The translations under genes were made by a program, and so were the position numbers. Under the pieces are notes generated by a model. That model made no database searches, had not been told where the DNA came from, and saw only the letters and a program-made list of their open reading frames with translations. From Isurus oxyrinchus (lineage: Eukaryota): a stretch of DNA of 64,000 nucleotides. The stretch is from the NCBI GenBank assembly GCA_026770705.1, contig JANJGN010000026.1, positions 35,092,001 to 35,156,000 of the forward strand, read 5' to 3'. This document shows, one piece after another, positions 61,191 to 64,000 of the stretch. How positions within the stretch are numbered: position 1 is the stretch's first letter; each line of letters starts with the position of its first letter.

Positions 61191-61779
61191 CACACCACAG
61201 TGCCCCACAACCCCACACACCCACACGCCACTCCCACCCCCCACCACCCTCCGCCTCAGGACCTTATAGCTTTCAATAAGTTCACCTCTCATTCTTCCAA
61301 AATCCAATGGCTATTGATTCAAACTATTCACGACTTCTTGATAAGTAAAGCCCCTAACCACAAATGGCGAAGAGCAGATGGATGCTTTTCAGTGATAAGA
61401 ATGAGATTAGGGACCTGCTGCTGCCCAAATCTGCTGCAGCTTTTCTCATAAAACAGTTTATTCACCGAGAAAGCTGGTGCGGGTGGCCTGAGGTCGCTAA
61501 TAGTGCTGATTATAACCAGAAAGCAAAGGAGAAGATCAGTTGGTCATGGCGTGTATGCTGGATCTCTGTTAGTAATAGTTACTTGTTCTTAACAAAATGT
61601 CGCCTTTGTCTTTATTAAGTCAACTTTTGAAATTCACAATTCAATGTGCGTCCAGCTCCCTTAAAGGCAGCAGAATCCAGATCACAATTCACTGCTTCAT
61701 AAACCACTTCCCATTCCATCAAATACTTTGTTTTAAATGTTAAGAGTAACTTTAGTGGAAATTGTGTCTGTGAAGTGGG

Positions 61780-61822
61780 AGGAAGAAAACAAGAAAGAGA
61801 GACTGAAAGAAAGAGAGACTGA

Positions 61823-61858
<36 letters not shown>

Positions 61859-61984
61859 ATGGCAGGAAGGAAGAAATATAGAAATAAAGGAAGGAAGAAG
61901 GGAAGGAAGAAATAGAGAAATGAAGGAAGGAAGAAGGGAAGAAAGGAAGAAAGAAAGAAAGAAAGAAACAAAGAAACGAAGAAA
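61780..61984. repeat. (GAAA)n/(GAAG)n repeat
   Basis: Purine tetranucleotide repeat running into the gap. Confidence 0.9.
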
Positions 61985-62218
61985 NNNNNNNNNNNNNNNN
62001 NNNNNNNNNNNNNNNNNNNNNNNNNNNNNNNNNNNNNNNNNNNNNNNNNNNNNNNNNNNNNNNNNNNNNNNNNNNNNNNNNNNNNNNNNNNNNNNNNNNN
62101 NNNNNNNNNNNNNNNNNNNNNNNNNNNNNNNNNNNNNNNNNNNNNNNNNNNNNNNNNNNNNNNNNNNNNNNNNNNNNNNNNNNNNNNNNNNNNNNNNNNN
62201 NNNNNNNNNNNNNNNNNN
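61985..62218. other. Assembly gap
   Basis: Run of N. Confidence 1.
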
Positions 62219-62708
62219 GGTTTCCCAAAGTGTTTTCCTGCCAATCCAGTCTTCCCCCAGTGTAATGTGGGAAACACGTCAGCAAATGCGCACAGAGCAA
62301 GATTCCACAAATGTAATTGGAGAAATAATCAGGTCGCTGTTTTCAATGGTGTTAAATGAGGGAAAATTATTGTAGGAAGCTGGGAAAAGCTCTTCCTGCT
62401 CCTTTTTGAAATTGGGGTATTGAGATTCCATCTGAGAGGGCAGATACTCTCAGTGGTTTCGTATCTCAACCAGGAAGGCAGCAACTGCAATAGTTCAATA
62501 TTCATTCAGGGCCACAGGGACACTGCCGGCCCTGGAGTGTGGGCCTGACATCTCTCAAGTAAGAGAGTTACAGCCCAGGACTTTCTGGTTCTGGAGATAG
62601 AGAGAGAGGAAGCGAGAGAGAGAACGAGAGGGAGAAAGAGAAAGAGTGAAAGAGAAAGAAAGAGAGAGAGAGTGCTGCTACATACTGAACCACTGTGTTG
62701 GAAGTGAA

Positions 62709-63598
62709 TTAGTATGAGGATGTTTTAAAGTGTTTCAACTGTTTGAAACAACCAGTGGCCTTGGTGAAAGTACACATCAGCACCTTCTTCAGCTCTTCCC
62801 AGAACTTGCTCTGGGCCACTAACTGGAGCATATCGGTTGTCTCCTGAAGGATGTACCGCGGATCATTGAAATCCAGGCTGGTGATGTAGCGCTCACCTGT
62901 GATCCGAACGTAGAGGAAATGTAAGAGATAGATGGCCCACAGGAGGAGGAAGCTGAGCGAGATGGCAAAAAGCAGGACAATGGACCTCTTGCGGTTGGTG
63001 AAGACGTGTCTCTATGACACTTGGTGCCCCGGAGTCCTTTGCGGGCTCTGCTGGCCGCTAAGATGTGCCCAGTCAGGCCGTAGAGCAGCAGAATGAGGAG
63101 GAATGGGAGGAAAAGAGTTAAGATGGTTCAGCCAGTCATAGGCCTGCCAGATGGGCAAAGAGTATTAGGTGGACTAGAGGGCGCAGAACCAGGGCACCCC
63201 GTCCGGGATGTACAAGGGCTGGTAGCTGAATTAGTATGGGATGTTCCTCACACAGCTCAGGGCACTGACCAGTGCTATAACCGGCAACACAGTTTTCTCG
63301 GTGCAGTATCTGGCCTTCAGGCTCTGACAGCAGATGGCCATGAAACAGTTGATGGTGAAAGCCACAGTCAGCCAGGCTGAGCCATCCTGGGTGACATAGA
63401 CCAGCAGATTGCTGAGTGTGCATGCGGGAGTGGTGGACAGGACACTATCCTGAAAGTAGATGCGGCCGATCCGGCTGAGGATGGCGGCAGTGATGATGAC
63501 CAGGAGGTCACTCACTGCTACCGCCACCAGGTAGCAGGTGATGCATCGGGAGAGTCTGCACTGTCCTCAGGATAAGATTACGATCCCCAACAGGTTGG
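62709..63598 (-). pseudogene. GPR139/GPR142-like class A GPCR pseudogene, main coding exon
   Basis: After a cacag acceptor: ANLLGIVILS*GQCRLSRCITCYLVAVAVSDLLV...SAWLTVAFTINCFMAICC...RYCTEK...NRKRSIVLLFAISLSFLLLW; several stops, a frameshift, and TM7 partly deleted. Confidence 0.85.
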
Positions 63599-64000
63599 CT
63601 GTGAGAGATCAGGAGAGAGAGATGTTACTGTGCAGAATCCAAACACCAACACTGTCTCGTCCAATCAGTTACTGTACCCCCACGGGCCGCCCCTCTGCCA
63701 TTTCTGGACTGCAGCTATTTCAAAGCCTTTTGTCAATGTTCGGTATCCAATGCTGCATGAAACTTGTCAATGCAGACGGCATTTCAGTCGGACCCCGCCA
63801 CAAATTCTGCTCTCTAGTCATTGAGTCGATCCCAAGGTCTCGCTATCCAAATTAAGATCATCCAAAAAATGTGCTACCGGTGGCCTAAGTCAAAGCAATG
63901 CCCGTATTCCCATTAAGCCTATGCTCGCTGACAAAGATTAGCTATCAGGCGGCAACGTCTCAGTTTTCGTAATCTCCCCCTTCCATTTTTGGAACCCCTC

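Noticed and set aside
1-64000. D, J or C segments; NAR-TCR or IgH-type V segments
   Set aside because: I found no 12-RSS followed by FGxG, no RSS-flanked D, no C exon, no WVRQ/YYCAR IgH pattern and no intact leaderless V with a CDR1 cysteine. This was a by-eye search, so degenerate cases could be missed.

Overview
This is vertebrate DNA, very probably from a cartilaginous fish (inferred from the shark-type tRNA-SINE/CR1 and Penelope repeats and a GPR139-like family pseudogene). It covers part of the V-segment array of a T-cell receptor alpha/delta locus. I read about 29 V segments or remnants on both strands, each judged on split leader, GT-AG intron, V exon and 23-bp-spacer RSS. Only five look intact: 7015-7526(+), 32661-33189(-), 37347-38387(-), 41144-41616(-) and 54624-55126(-). 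I saw no D, J or C segments. Main observation: two of the five intact Vs belong to a family with Tyr in place of the first Ig cysteine (IMGT 23) and Leu in place of the core Trp41, while keeping Cys104, an intact leader and a near-consensus RSS. A second family, present here only as pseudogenes, lacks both cysteines. Other points: CTCF-type motifs beside RSSs and promoters whose orientation follows the V, a 5-7 kb inverted segmental duplication, Penelope elements with TSDs and hammerhead-ribozyme cores, a tRNA-headed CR1 apparently without ORF1, a 93-bp minisatellite, two N-gaps and a GPR139-like pseudogene at the right end. All coordinates were read by eye and may be off by a few bases.
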